Virus record (IMG/VR): IMGVR_UViG_3300037466_001622
From: an uncultured virus (IMG/VR IMGVR_UViG_3300037466_001622)
Lineage: Duplodnaviria > Heunggongvirae > Uroviricota > Caudoviricetes
Reading direction: 5' to 3' (one strand)
DNA length: 64,000 nucleotides
Of this stretch, positions 18,977 to 27,849 are shown one piece after another. The notes under the pieces were generated by a model. It saw only the letters and a program-made list of their open reading frames with translations, was not told the origin of the DNA and made no database searches. Position numbers and translations under genes: made by a program. Numbering within the stretch: the first letter of the stretch is position 1; every line of letters begins with the position of its first letter.

Positions 18977-19176
18977 TCTTCGCCTCCGTCAGCGGCTTCT
19001 CCGTCAAGGTCCAGGTCGTCCAGCGCGAACCATTCGCTTACGGTGCGACCCTTGCGCTCGTATTCGACAAGGTAGGTGACGCCGCCGCCAGCAAAGCGCG
19101 TCGAGGCGATGACGGTGCCCTCGATCGTTACGCGATCGCCGAGCGCCAATTCTTCCTCTTGCTGCGGTTCGCTCAT
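18973..19176 (-). CDS. Small beta-barrel-like hypothetical protein
   Basis: LGDRVTIEGTV...YLVEY...SEWF; ATGA overlap. Confidence 0.6.
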   Translation of the reverse strand: MSEPQQEEELALGDRVTIEGTVIASTRFAGGGVTYLVEYERKGRTVSEWFALDDLDLDGEAADGGEE

Positions 19177-19418
19177 GACGCCGCTCCATGAAGGGCCGCT
19201 ATGCGCGGCATGGAAATGGCGATCTGGCCCGACATCGTGGAGCATCCACCATTGACTGTGTGATGGCGAACGACGGTCTTTGTTGTCTCGGCCAGGTTGC
19301 GCTCGACGTCGCCAGCGCACTTGTAGGCCCATTGCTTTCCGATATTCAGCGCCGCCGCAATGCGGTCAAAGCTATCCCCCTCCGCCCGCATTGCGCGAGC
19401 GCGACCCCTGGCATCCAT
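19173..19418 (-). CDS. Cro-position HTH protein
   Basis: ARAMRAEGDSFDRIAAALNIGKQWAY; first gene divergent from cI. Confidence 0.7.
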   Translation of the reverse strand: MDARGRARAMRAEGDSFDRIAAALNIGKQWAYKCAGDVERNLAETTKTVVRHHTVNGGCSTMSGQIAISMPRIAALHGAAS

Positions 19419-19491
19419 TTTGTGATTTCCTCTTTGGGATTGTGGAGCCGGCAGAAACCACTTCGCGCCGACTCGTTAACTACGGTTTTGA

Positions 19492-19543
19492 GTTATAGGC
19501 GTTTTCGCCTTGCGTGTCAAGTTTCAATATGCGAAACCGCCTA
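19492..19543 (-). promoter_or_regulatory. Early leftward promoter with two operators
   Basis: TTGACA-17-TATAAC; operators at 19496-19511 and 19528-19543. Confidence 0.85.
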
Positions 19544-19630
19544 CAAATACGCCAACGCACCAAAAACAGCAGCCCGTTTCCGCGATTAACTAAACGTGAA
19601 TGGAACCAAAGGCGTTTTAGTCTATTTGTA

Positions 19631-19659
19631 TTGCCAAAATAGGCGCTTTCGCATATATG
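19631..19659 (+). promoter_or_regulatory. Repressor-gene promoter with operator
   Basis: TTGCCA-17-TATATG; TAGGCGCTTTCGCATA at 19640-19655. Confidence 0.75.
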
Positions 19660-19708
19660 GCGATTCGTTGGGGAACGGCTGGCGGGCCAGCAGACAAGAG
19701 AATTGAGG

Positions 19709-20377
19709 ATGACCATGGAAAGCATGGCCGAAAAGATCAAGGCGCTACGGGCTAAGCTCGGAATCGACCAAAAAGAACTGAGCGCCAGGATTGGCGTCGA
19801 TCAGTCGACCGTATCTAAATATGAGCGCGGCGTGCAGGAGCCGAAGCGCGAGCCGAGCATGAAACTGGCGGAACTTGCCGGCGTGCCGTTCGGCGAGTGG
19901 GTTGGCGTCGAGCCGGTGACGACCAAGAATGTCAGGGCGCGAATGGTGCCGGTAGTTGGCGAGCTCTGCGCCGGCCAGTGGCGGGAAGCTATAGAGTTCG
20001 ACCCCGCCGACCGCGAGATGGTTCCGGTTCTGCTGGATCCTGACATGCCGGGCTATCAGCTTGAGGGCTACATTGTGCGCGGCACGTCAATGAATCGATT
20101 TTATCCGGATGGGTCGATCGTGTTTGCCGCTGCGACGATATCCAACGGCCTGCAGCCGTCAAACGGCGACCATGTGCTGGTGAGCCGCCGCAACAAGAAG
20201 GGACTCTATGAAGCATCCCTGAAGGAGTACGTCGTTGAAGCGGACGGTTCGAAGTGGCTCTGGCCGCGCTCGAGCGACCCGCAGCACCAGGCGCCGCTTC
20301 ACATGGGCGGCTCTGAGGAAGTCACCATTACCGGCATTGTGCGCGCCAGCTTCGTTAGCGGACCGCGCAAGGCGTGA
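19709..20377 (+). CDS. cI: CI-type repressor (XRE HTH plus S24 peptidase)
   Basis: HTH QKELS...QSTVSKYE; Ala-Gly site LCAG; catalytic GTSM and LKEY. Confidence 0.93.
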   Translation: MTMESMAEKIKALRAKLGIDQKELSARIGVDQSTVSKYERGVQEPKREPSMKLAELAGVPFGEWVGVEPVTTKNVRARMVPVVGELCAGQWREAIEFDPADREMVPVLLDPDMPGYQLEGYIVRGTSMNRFYPDGSIVFAAATISNGLQPSNGDHVLVSRRNKKGLYEASLKEYVVEADGSKWLWPRSSDPQHQAPLHMGGSEEVTITGIVRASFVSGPRKA

Positions 20378-20411
20378 CTGCTGCTGTTGCAGAATATTTA
20401 TTGCGATTTTA

Positions 20412-20462
20412 TAGGCGCTTTCGCATATCGGTGTTGACTTTATAGGCGAAAGCGCCTATTAC
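20412..20462 (+). promoter_or_regulatory. Early rightward promoter with two operators
   Basis: TTGACT-17-TATTAC; operators at 20412-20427 and 20443-20458. Confidence 0.85.
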
Positions 20463-20513
20463 TGATTCCTGTAGCCGCCTAGTGCGGCCTGGCTCCGAAG
20501 CGGAGTTACGGGA

Positions 20514-20699
20514 ATGTCTACAGCATCGACTTATGCGCGCGACCCGCGCCGCACCATCCTTGTCAACGGCGCCGCATACCAGCGCCAGATTAACCGCAAG
20601 CCTGAACCTGACATTACGCTTGTGCAGTCGTTGATTGCCGGCGTTGTTATCGCCTGCTTTTCGCTGGCGGTGCTTGCGCTTGCGGTGCATGTGTCGTGA
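20514..20699 (+). CDS. Small membrane protein
   Basis: ggag RBS; C-terminal hydrophobic helix. Confidence 0.6.
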   Translation: MSTASTYARDPRRTILVNGAAYQRQINRKPEPDITLVQSLIAGVVIACFSLAVLALAVHVS

Positions 20700-20884
20700 T
20701 AACCGCAGCCGCCGAGGCCGAGCTTCGCGCCATAACCTCGTTAGCAAGAGGCTGCGAGAAGAGCCACGGCAAGAAACAGACCGCGCTTCTGTTTAGCGCG
20801 CTTGCCGACAGACTTGACAACTTTCTGGAACAGCACGGCGAAACCGCCTGGCGGAATCGCATCAACAGCGCCGACGCGCGCTAG
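20696..20884 (+). CDS. Hypothetical protein
   Basis: GTGA overlap with the upstream gene. Confidence 0.5.
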   Translation: MITAAAEAELRAITSLARGCEKSHGKKQTALLFSALADRLDNFLEQHGETAWRNRINSADAR

Positions 20885-20895
20885 AGGAGATTACA

Positions 20896-21075
20896 ATGAA
20901 GCGTTTGCTTATGGTTGCATGCCTTCTGGCGTGCGCATTCACTGTCGGCTGCACTACGACTGGCGGCGGCTACAGTAGCGGTAGCGGCAACCGAGATTAT
21001 GCGCGCAACTGCGGCTATGCGATGGACGAACTGCTGCTGTGCAACGGCAGCTATGTCGGCCCGCACGAGTTCTGA
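20896..21075 (+). CDS. Small lipoprotein (59 aa, not in ORF track)
   Basis: gaggag RBS; MKRLLMVACLLACAFTVG-C lipobox-like signal. Confidence 0.7.
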   Translation: MKRLLMVACLLACAFTVGCTTTGGGYSSGSGNRDYARNCGYAMDELLLCNGSYVGPHEF

Positions 21076-21101
21076 GCGGCAAGCGGTAGAGGACGAGGAC
21101 A

Positions 21102-21287
21102 ATGGCCGCGCTTATCGACACCATTAACAGCGCCGACCGTATCGCCAAGTTCTGGCGGTGCGGCAACATACCAGCCATAAGCGCACAGGAGCGCTTGGTG
21201 GATTTGGGGTTCTATGCCGTAACGGTCGGCGAGCGCAGCATAGTGGGATACCTGCGCGGCTGCAGGTTTGAGATGCCGGCTATCTGA
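21102..21287 (+). CDS. Hypothetical protein
   Basis: gagga RBS. Confidence 0.55.
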   Translation: MAALIDTINSADRIAKFWRCGNIPAISAQERLVDLGFYAVTVGERSIVGYLRGCRFEMPAI

Positions 21288-21303
21288 ATAAGCCGCAAGG
21301 CAA

Positions 21304-21381
21304 CTGCGTGTAGGTGAGCCTGGTTACACTGCCTGATTTGGAGTCAGGAGATCGCTGGTTCGAATCCAGCCACGCAGACCA
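21304..21381 (+). tRNA. tRNA-Pro(TGG)
   Basis: Acceptor CTGCGTG/CACGCAG, A73, encoded CCA; anticodon arm CCTGA-TTTGGAG-TCAGG; T arm GCTGG-TTCGAAT-CCAGC. Confidence 0.93.
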
Positions 21382-21397
21382 TTTTGAGAGGGAACGC

Positions 21398-22345
21398 ATG
21401 TTCGTAATTTTCGATCTCGACGGCACGATTGCCAACATCGACCACCGAACGCACTTCGTGCGGGGCGGCAGGCGCGATTGGGACTCGTTCTTTAGGGCAT
21501 GCGTCTTCGACAAAGGCGTCGATCACGTCATCAAGACGTTTCACGCTCATTTGGACGCGGGCCACAAGGTTCGCATCTGGTCAGCACGCAGCGACATCGT
21601 GCGCACCGAAACCGAAAACTGGCTTTCGGATATGGGCATCGACCCTTGCCTCCTGCAACATATGCGTGCCGCAGACGACAACACGCCTGACGTTGAGTTG
21701 AAGCGATACTGGCTCAGCCAGGAATACGAGCGTCCAGACCTTGTTTACGATGACCGCCAGCGCGTGGTCGATATGTGGCGCGCCGAGGGCATTCCGTGCT
21801 TTCAGGTGGTGGCGAATTGGGAGGATGCGAGTGCGCATCGGGTAATTGATCCGGTGCGTGATGGACCATTGCTGACGCTTATGGTGGGACCGAGTGGCGC
21901 CGGTAAGTCGACTTGGGCGGAAGGCTATAGATCGGCGCACGGCAATTGGCCCGACATGATCCTGTCGAGTGATCGGCTGCGCCACCAGTATTGCGGATCG
22001 CCTCAATCGCAGGAGCGCAATGACGACGTGTTCTTGGCTCTGCATCGTCTCGCAAAAGCGCGGCTGGATAGCGGATTGCGCGTCGTCATCGACGCCACCA
22101 ATCTGCGGCGCCGCGATCGCTTGGCTTGTGTTGCGCTCGCGCCCTACGGCTCGCCAATCCAATACGTCGTCATCGATCGACCTCTTGCCGACAAACTCGC
22201 AACGCGCGGCTGGCGCCCCGAAGAACTGGTGCGCAAACACCATGAGCGCATGCAGTCCGCGCTTAAGGACATCTTGGCCGGCGACGGGCTGCCCAATGTC
22301 ACGGTGGATGACTGCCGCCAGGCCGTCGAGAGGGCTGCAGCATGA
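21398..22345 (+). CDS. Polynucleotide 3'-phosphatase/5'-kinase (HAD plus P-loop)
   Basis: IFDLDGT, WSAR, YDDRQRVVDMWR; then GPSGAGKST, SSDRLR, IDATN; ATG 21398 just after the tRNA. Confidence 0.9.
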   Translation: MFVIFDLDGTIANIDHRTHFVRGGRRDWDSFFRACVFDKGVDHVIKTFHAHLDAGHKVRIWSARSDIVRTETENWLSDMGIDPCLLQHMRAADDNTPDVELKRYWLSQEYERPDLVYDDRQRVVDMWRAEGIPCFQVVANWEDASAHRVIDPVRDGPLLTLMVGPSGAGKSTWAEGYRSAHGNWPDMILSSDRLRHQYCGSPQSQERNDDVFLALHRLAKARLDSGLRVVIDATNLRRRDRLACVALAPYGSPIQYVVIDRPLADKLATRGWRPEELVRKHHERMQSALKDILAGDGLPNVTVDDCRQAVERAAA

Positions 22346-23451
22346 CCCATTATAGCATCAGCCACATTGACGACGTCCTGCCGCACATCGAAGGCCGCAC
22401 AGACTTTGTTGTTGCGCACAAGGACGGTTATAGCGTCATAGACTACGTATTTGCCGGCACCGACACTTTCGACCATCCGGCGCGCATAGAGTGCCGTGGC
22501 CTCAAGTTCGCACCCGATGGAAGCATCCTGGCTCGGCCGCTGCACAAGTTCTTCAATGTCGGCGAGAAGCCTGAGACACAGGCGACTACCATCGACTTCG
22601 GCCAGCCGCACACCATCATGGACAAGCTCGATGGCTCGATGATTCATCCGGCGATTGTCGACGGTGAGGTGGTGTTTATGACCCGCATGGGGCGCACCGA
22701 CGTTGCGCGCAAGGCTGAGCGGCATTTGACGCCTGCCGTGCGTGAGTGGGTTGTCGCCAACCCTGACCTTACAGCCGTCTTTGAGTGGACGGCGCCGGAT
22801 AACCGGATAGTCGTTCGCTATGACGACAGTCGGCTTACGCTGCTTGCCATTCGCGAGAATGTAGACGGTGGCTATGCTTGGCCTGAGAGCCTAGATGCGC
22901 ACGCGGCTGAGATGGGTGTTGATTTGGTCGGGACGCATCCATCGCGTCACGCCAACGCCAGCGACTTCCTTGCCTACGCTCGAGCCATACAGGGCGCCGA
23001 GGGCTTCGTCGTGCGGTTCGACAGCGGCCTGTGGGTCAAGGCCAAAGGCGAAGATTACGTCCTGAAGCACAAGGCAAAGGACGGCATCACGCAGGAAAAA
23101 AACATCCTCGCGCTAGTGTTGAGCGGCGGGCTGGACGATGTCCTTCCTCTTCTTGATGAGGCAGACGCAACCGCGGCGCGCGAGTATGCGGCAAGTGTAG
23201 AGGCTGGCATATTGCGGCAAGCATCCGCGCTTGATGACCTTGTGGGCGACGGCAAATTCATGGCGCAAAAGGATTTCGCATTGCGCATTGTTGCGCGGCA
23301 ACAGGACGCAATCAGACCGCTCTTGTTTCAAGTGCGCGCCGGCAAGCCGTCCGCTCAAGCTGTTCGCGAACGCATCGCCGCCAACACCAATTCACAGTCT
23401 CAAGTCGACGCCAACCGCGCCTTGCACGGCGCAACATGGAGAATCGCATGA
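22342..23451 (+). CDS. RNA ligase 1 (T4 RnlA family)
   Basis: ECRGL, HKFFN.GE, KLDGS (I), FEW (III), EGFVV (IV), VKAK (V). Confidence 0.92.
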   Translation: MTHYSISHIDDVLPHIEGRTDFVVAHKDGYSVIDYVFAGTDTFDHPARIECRGLKFAPDGSILARPLHKFFNVGEKPETQATTIDFGQPHTIMDKLDGSMIHPAIVDGEVVFMTRMGRTDVARKAERHLTPAVREWVVANPDLTAVFEWTAPDNRIVVRYDDSRLTLLAIRENVDGGYAWPESLDAHAAEMGVDLVGTHPSRHANASDFLAYARAIQGAEGFVVRFDSGLWVKAKGEDYVLKHKAKDGITQEKNILALVLSGGLDDVLPLLDEADATAAREYAASVEAGILRQASALDDLVGDGKFMAQKDFALRIVARQQDAIRPLLFQVRAGKPSAQAVRERIAANTNSQSQVDANRALHGATWRIA

Positions 23452-23708
23452 CCGCCATCAACATCATCACCGCCGCCGAAGCCCTTGCACAAGGCTCGAC
23501 GCCATCGACCTTCTTCAGCATCGCGCGCTTCAATGAGCGCGTTGGCGATAACGCAACCGGCCAAGTGGCGCGCCGTGTCGGTCGCGAGCTTGCTAAATTG
23601 TTGGGAATGGATCTTGGTGGGCGCCGTCGTCCTGCGGCTGCAAACGCGAACAGCAAGCAGTACAGCAAGCAGTACGGTAAGCCGCGCAGCGAACGGAGGG
23701 CGGCGTGA
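23448..23708 (+). CDS. Hypothetical protein
   Basis: ATGA overlap with the ligase, ggag RBS. Confidence 0.55.
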   Translation: MTAINIITAAEALAQGSTPSTFFSIARFNERVGDNATGQVARRVGRELAKLLGMDLGGRRRPAAANANSKQYSKQYGKPRSERRAA

Positions 23709-24688
23709 AGCCAGCAGACCAAAACCCCACTGCCGCCGAAACTGCTCTTCCGAACAGCACAGGAGCCATCGCCATGACCACTCTCCCCGATCTGGAGCCG
23801 GCTGGCATGGAAGCCGCAAGAAGGAAAGGCCGCGAGCTTGCCGGCAACCAGCCAGATGCACTGGTCGAAGCGTTCGCGGAGATCGCCGCTGCGGGCGCTG
23901 TCGCCTACCTCTCCTCCGCCCGTTCCGCACCGGAAGCGGGGAAAGCGGTGGTGAAGCCGCTGGAGTGGGAAGAAATCCACCAGAAGCGAAGCGACGAAGA
24001 CCCATCCACCGAAGTTGTCGGATGGGAGGCGGATGCCGGCTTTGCTGCCTATTACACCGTAGAGCTTACTGGTGGCGGTGCGTCAATGACCGACCCCGAC
24101 TACGACGAAAAGCACTTCGACGATCCAGAAGCAGCCATCGCCGCAGCGCAAGCCGACTACGAACAGCGCGTCCTCTCCGCCCTCGCATCCGTAGCCCCAT
24201 CAGGAGCGGAGTCGGCCATCCCATGTCACCATTGCGGCGCATCAGTCATATCCACGCTGCCCCCACAGGCGGTACCGGCAGAGGATATCGCGAAGATCGA
24301 AGACGCGTTGCTGAAGCTGTCCAAGGTAGGCTTCGGGTATGACCTCAATCCGCGCGACAAATGGGCCCTGAAGCAAGCCGCCGCCGCGCTCACCAGCCTC
24401 TCTGCCCGACTGGACGCCACAGAAACGGCACGCTACGTCGCCGCAACCAACTATCTCGACCTTGTCAAATACAAGGAGTGCCCCGAAGCAGAAGCCGCCT
24501 CCCTGCGCAGGAAGCTGGAGGAGGCGCCGAACGAGGCCGACATCTACGACCAAGCCGCCACGCTCGCGGTTCCGGCAAGGGATGGTGGAACTTATTTCGA
24601 CGGCATCGAAGCATACCGTCTGCAGTTGACGCTGAAGGCTGCATTGCTGCGCGTCAATGGCGTCTCCCTCTCAGGAGCATCCGAATGA
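23705..24688 (+). CDS. Mosaic hypothetical phage protein
   Basis: Long ORF with VKPLEW and AAAQADYEQR segments typical of alphaproteobacterial phage early proteins; start uncertain. Confidence 0.7.
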   Translation: MKPADQNPTAAETALPNSTGAIAMTTLPDLEPAGMEAARRKGRELAGNQPDALVEAFAEIAAAGAVAYLSSARSAPEAGKAVVKPLEWEEIHQKRSDEDPSTEVVGWEADAGFAAYYTVELTGGGASMTDPDYDEKHFDDPEAAIAAAQADYEQRVLSALASVAPSGAESAIPCHHCGASVISTLPPQAVPAEDIAKIEDALLKLSKVGFGYDLNPRDKWALKQAAAALTSLSARLDATETARYVAATNYLDLVKYKECPEAEAASLRRKLEEAPNEADIYDQAATLAVPARDGGTYFDGIEAYRLQLTLKAALLRVNGVSLSGASE

Positions 24689-25065
24689 GCGCCAGGATTA
24701 CAGAGGCTATGCGCGATGCCGCTGCCAACATTCTCGCGCAGGCTGACGGCTGTCAGTACGTGTTCGCGAAACACTTCGATCTTGCTGAGATGGTCCTCGC
24801 CGCAGCCTTCTCAACAGAGCCAGGAGAGGCGGAGGGGTGGCAACCGATCGAGACGGCCAGCAAGAAGCCCATGGAGCGCATCTTGCTGGCCTTCGCGGGT
24901 GGTCGGGTTTGCGAAGGATATTGGGGCGCCTCCAACTACAATCGCTCTACGAGGCTATGGGAACAGGATTGGGTGACCAGCCCTCATAGCGGGCCGGTTA
25001 GGCCAACGTATTGGCGTCCGCTCCCCGCCCCACCCCTCCCCGAGGATACCCATCATGGCCGGTAA
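24685..25065 (+). CDS. DUF551-like protein
   Basis: GWQPIETA...PTYWRPLPAPP. Confidence 0.75.
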   Translation: MSARITEAMRDAAANILAQADGCQYVFAKHFDLAEMVLAAAFSTEPGEAEGWQPIETASKKPMERILLAFAGGRVCEGYWGASNYNRSTRLWEQDWVTSPHSGPVRPTYWRPLPAPPLPEDTHHGR

Positions 25066-25288
25066 GCTGACAGCCGCACAACGGAGAGTGTTGAATGCCT
25101 ACGCCGATGGCCAGGTCATGTCAGCCGCATACGCGGCTAAGCGGTTGAATATTCCTTGGCCGGCTTCAGGCAATTTCGGCAAAACTGTCAGGAAGCTGAT
25201 GCTCATGGTTCTCTTGTCCTTCAATAGCTTGACTACTGCTTATCAGATCACTCCAGCGGGCCGCACCGCACTGGAGGACAAGCCATGA
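25055..25288 (+). CDS. Winged-helix-like small protein
   Basis: KLTAAQRRVL...YQITPAGRTAL. Confidence 0.65.
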   Translation: MAGKLTAAQRRVLNAYADGQVMSAAYAAKRLNIPWPASGNFGKTVRKLMLMVLLSFNSLTTAYQITPAGRTALEDKP

Positions 25289-25725
25289 GCATCGAGAAGA
25301 TCGAGCGGGAGCTTCGCGAGAACCTTGATGGCGTGACCAAGGGGCCATGGCGACCCGGCCACCTCGCGAACGATGACCATTCCTGCGACTGTGGCTTTGT
25401 GTTCGATAGCCTAGACCGCCAAGGCAGCATCGCAACCGTCAACATGGACGACGGCGGCCAGTTCGGCAAGGAGTACCCGTCGCGAGACGAAGCCAAGGCG
25501 AACCTTAAGCACATCGTCGCCGCGCAGCCCGAGAATATCCGCGCCCTTCTGGACGAACTCTCCCGGCTGAGGGGAGTGGTGGAAGCCGCCGACGCGATAC
25601 GCGCTGCACAGAGAGCCTACATGGCAGATCGCGGCAATGAGGCAAAGGGAAAAGCTGTTGGTGAGGCTGCTGCAGCCTATGACCGCCTGCGCGTCCTCTT
25701 CGAGCGGGAGGGGCAGGATGGGTGA
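25285..25725 (+). CDS. Ead/Ea22-like protein
   Basis: VTKGPW...AN..HIVAAQPENIRALLDE. Confidence 0.7.
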   Translation: MSIEKIERELRENLDGVTKGPWRPGHLANDDHSCDCGFVFDSLDRQGSIATVNMDDGGQFGKEYPSRDEAKANLKHIVAAQPENIRALLDELSRLRGVVEAADAIRAAQRAYMADRGNEAKGKAVGEAAAAYDRLRVLFEREGQDG

Positions 25726-26074
25726 GGCGGCGAATGATAATATCGCGCCAGGCCAGGTCTACAAGTTGGACGAGGCTGCGGCGCACCTGCGGTTGACGAA
25801 CCGCGGAGTTGCGAAGCTTGCCAGGCGACACGGCCTTTGCATGGTGCGCGGGCGAGATATTCTGCTTACAGGAAAAGACATCGAAGCAATCAAGGACGTC
25901 TTGCGATGCCCCTCAAACTATACGAACGTGGAAGCACTTGGTGGATATCGGGGACCGTCAAAGGAATTGGACCTGACGGGAAAAAGCAAAGCGTCAGTAT
26001 CCGACAAAGCGCGCAGACTTGTGATCGAACGGTCGCGGAAGCCACACGCGCAAAAACTGAAAGCCGCATCCTAG
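25718..26074 (+). CDS. Putative excisionase (HTH)
   Basis: YKLDEAAAHLRL...; overlaps integrase 5' end. Confidence 0.65.
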   Translation: MGEAANDNIAPGQVYKLDEAAAHLRLTNRGVAKLARRHGLCMVRGRDILLTGKDIEAIKDVLRCPSNYTNVEALGGYRGPSKELDLTGKSKASVSDKARRLVIERSRKPHAQKLKAAS

Positions 26075-27078
26075 ACGAAATTGCCTACGGCAAGGCAAAG
26101 GTCGTTACATTCCGCGAGGCGGCAGAATCCTATCTCGAATCTGGTGGATCCGGTCGGTTCATACTGGATGTCCACCAGGACGGGAGCGAGTCAGGCCTCA
26201 TGGTCCACTTTGGCGAGACGCGGCTTACCGATATCAAGCAGAAGGAACTCGACGCCGCCGCCCTGGCTTTGTTCCCAACCGCGCAACCAGAGACGCGCAA
26301 TCGCCAGTGCTACACGCCGTTCATCGCGGTTTGGAACCATGCCGTCAAAAACGGTTGGGCCGAAGTTCGCATGTGGCAGAGGCCACGGAAGCCAAAAGGC
26401 ACAAACGTTGTTCGCTTAAAATCTGAGCGCAGCGGTCAGCGCCCGGTCGACTACGAGCGCGCCGCCGCTTTTGTCGCGAAGATGTCTCCAGCGCCGGCCA
26501 TGCTGATGACAGCGCTTTTTTACACCGGACTGCGACCTATCGAGGCTTTCGCGCTTACCGGCGCCGACGTCGACCTGGTTGGCCGGTGGCTTGTCGTGCG
26601 CAAGTCCAAAACCGGTGAGCCTCGAGGCGTGCCGCTGCATTCGTTCCTATGCGAGTGGCTGGCGCCGCTTGTCGAACGGGCGAAAGATGGTGGCGCTTTG
26701 TTCCGCACGCCGCGCGGCCAGCAGTACACTGAGGTTCAAGACGGTGGCGGCGGACTTAAGACCGCAATCAGCGGTGCGCGTCGGCGTTCCGGCATCAAGG
26801 ACGTGTCACCTTACACCGGCCGCCATACCGTATCGACTGGCTTGGTGATTGCTGGGGTTCATCCGCACGTCAAGGACCAGATCCTCGGCCACGCGGTCAG
26901 CGACATGAGCCGCCATTACACCAACGTGCCGCAGGCACCGCTTATCGAGGCGATCGACAAACTGCCTGTACCAGGCGCGTGGCGAAAATTGCCGTGGCTG
27001 GCCGCGCCGCAGGAGTGGTGGTCGCGGTTGGCCGAAGGAACTGGAAAGAGGACGGATTTGGAGAGGGCGAAGGGATGA
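25906..27078 (+). CDS. int: Tyrosine integrase
   Basis: YTGLRPIE (R), KSK, PYTGRHT (variant of HxxR), ILGH, HY. Confidence 0.93.
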   Translation: MPLKLYERGSTWWISGTVKGIGPDGKKQSVSIRQSAQTCDRTVAEATRAKTESRILDEIAYGKAKVVTFREAAESYLESGGSGRFILDVHQDGSESGLMVHFGETRLTDIKQKELDAAALALFPTAQPETRNRQCYTPFIAVWNHAVKNGWAEVRMWQRPRKPKGTNVVRLKSERSGQRPVDYERAAAFVAKMSPAPAMLMTALFYTGLRPIEAFALTGADVDLVGRWLVVRKSKTGEPRGVPLHSFLCEWLAPLVERAKDGGALFRTPRGQQYTEVQDGGGGLKTAISGARRRSGIKDVSPYTGRHTVSTGLVIAGVHPHVKDQILGHAVSDMSRHYTNVPQAPLIEAIDKLPVPGAWRKLPWLAAPQEWWSRLAEGTGKRTDLERAKG

Positions 27079-27326
27079 ATGAGCGCAATGCTGATTTTTG
27101 GCGAGGCGTCAAATGGGCTGCAGATCAAGCTGAGGACGAGGCGCGCGATCTGCAAGAAATTCGAGACAGTTATATCGAAGCCAGGAAAACCGGAACTCAT
27201 GGCGGTAGGCGCATCAGCGACGAGATGGCAAAGCAGTTTGCGCAACAATTCCGTGAGCGGTCTGATGCATTATTCCTATTCGCGGAACGCATTGGCCGAG
27301 CCGATTCGGAAGTGAACGCAGCATGA
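27075..27326 (+). CDS. Hypothetical protein
   Basis: ATGA overlap with the integrase stop. Confidence 0.55.
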   Translation: MNERNADFWRGVKWAADQAEDEARDLQEIRDSYIEARKTGTHGGRRISDEMAKQFAQQFRERSDALFLFAERIGRADSEVNAA

Positions 27327-27453
27327 ACGACACTGTACAGATTTTGTACGTATTCGAGCGCAAACACGTACAATTTCGCGCTTTGTTCCGCACACCAAAT
27401 CCGGCTCACGTAAACCGCAAAGCGTCTAACGTATTGTTTTTGTTGTAGAAAAC

Positions 27454-27501
27454 TGGTGCTGCGAGAGAGGATTGAACTCTCGACCTCTCCCTTACCAAGG
27501 G
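27454..27501 (-). other. attP core: 3' part of tRNA-Thr(GGT)
   Basis: Minus strand CCCTTGGTAAGGGAGAGGTCGAGAGTTCAATCCTCTCTCGCAGCACCA = anticodon loop, T arm, acceptor 3' strand and CCA; no 5' half. Confidence 0.92.
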
Positions 27502-27849
27502 AAAGGTTTATGGTATCAAGCATCATGTAACCTCATGTTTTCAAAGTGTTTTTTCCTGTATTAGCGTGCGCGCATATAAAGGTTGTACGGGAAACGTACA
27601 AAGAACATCAGAAGCGCCTTGTTAGCGTTGTTGAAAAAATAGAGAAACAGAAACAATAGGTTGCGGGCTACGCGTTACCCCGCGTTACCAATGGCGTTAC
27701 GGCCATGAAAGGATGACACATTGAGCGACCTCAAATCGGCCATAGAGGCTGGCCGGTCCCTAGGAAAATTGGCGCTGTATTTCGGTTGTTGGGATGGGGC
27801 TGGCCACTATCTGCATCGCGCCAACGGAACGAAGATTTGGAATGCCAAG

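Noticed and set aside
21314..21397. ORF-track N-terminal extension of Pnkp
   Set aside because: It runs through the tRNA; ATG 21398 with an RBS directly precedes the DLDGT motif
27454..27501. Complete tRNA-Thr gene
   Set aside because: Acceptor 5' strand and D arm are absent; it is an att core
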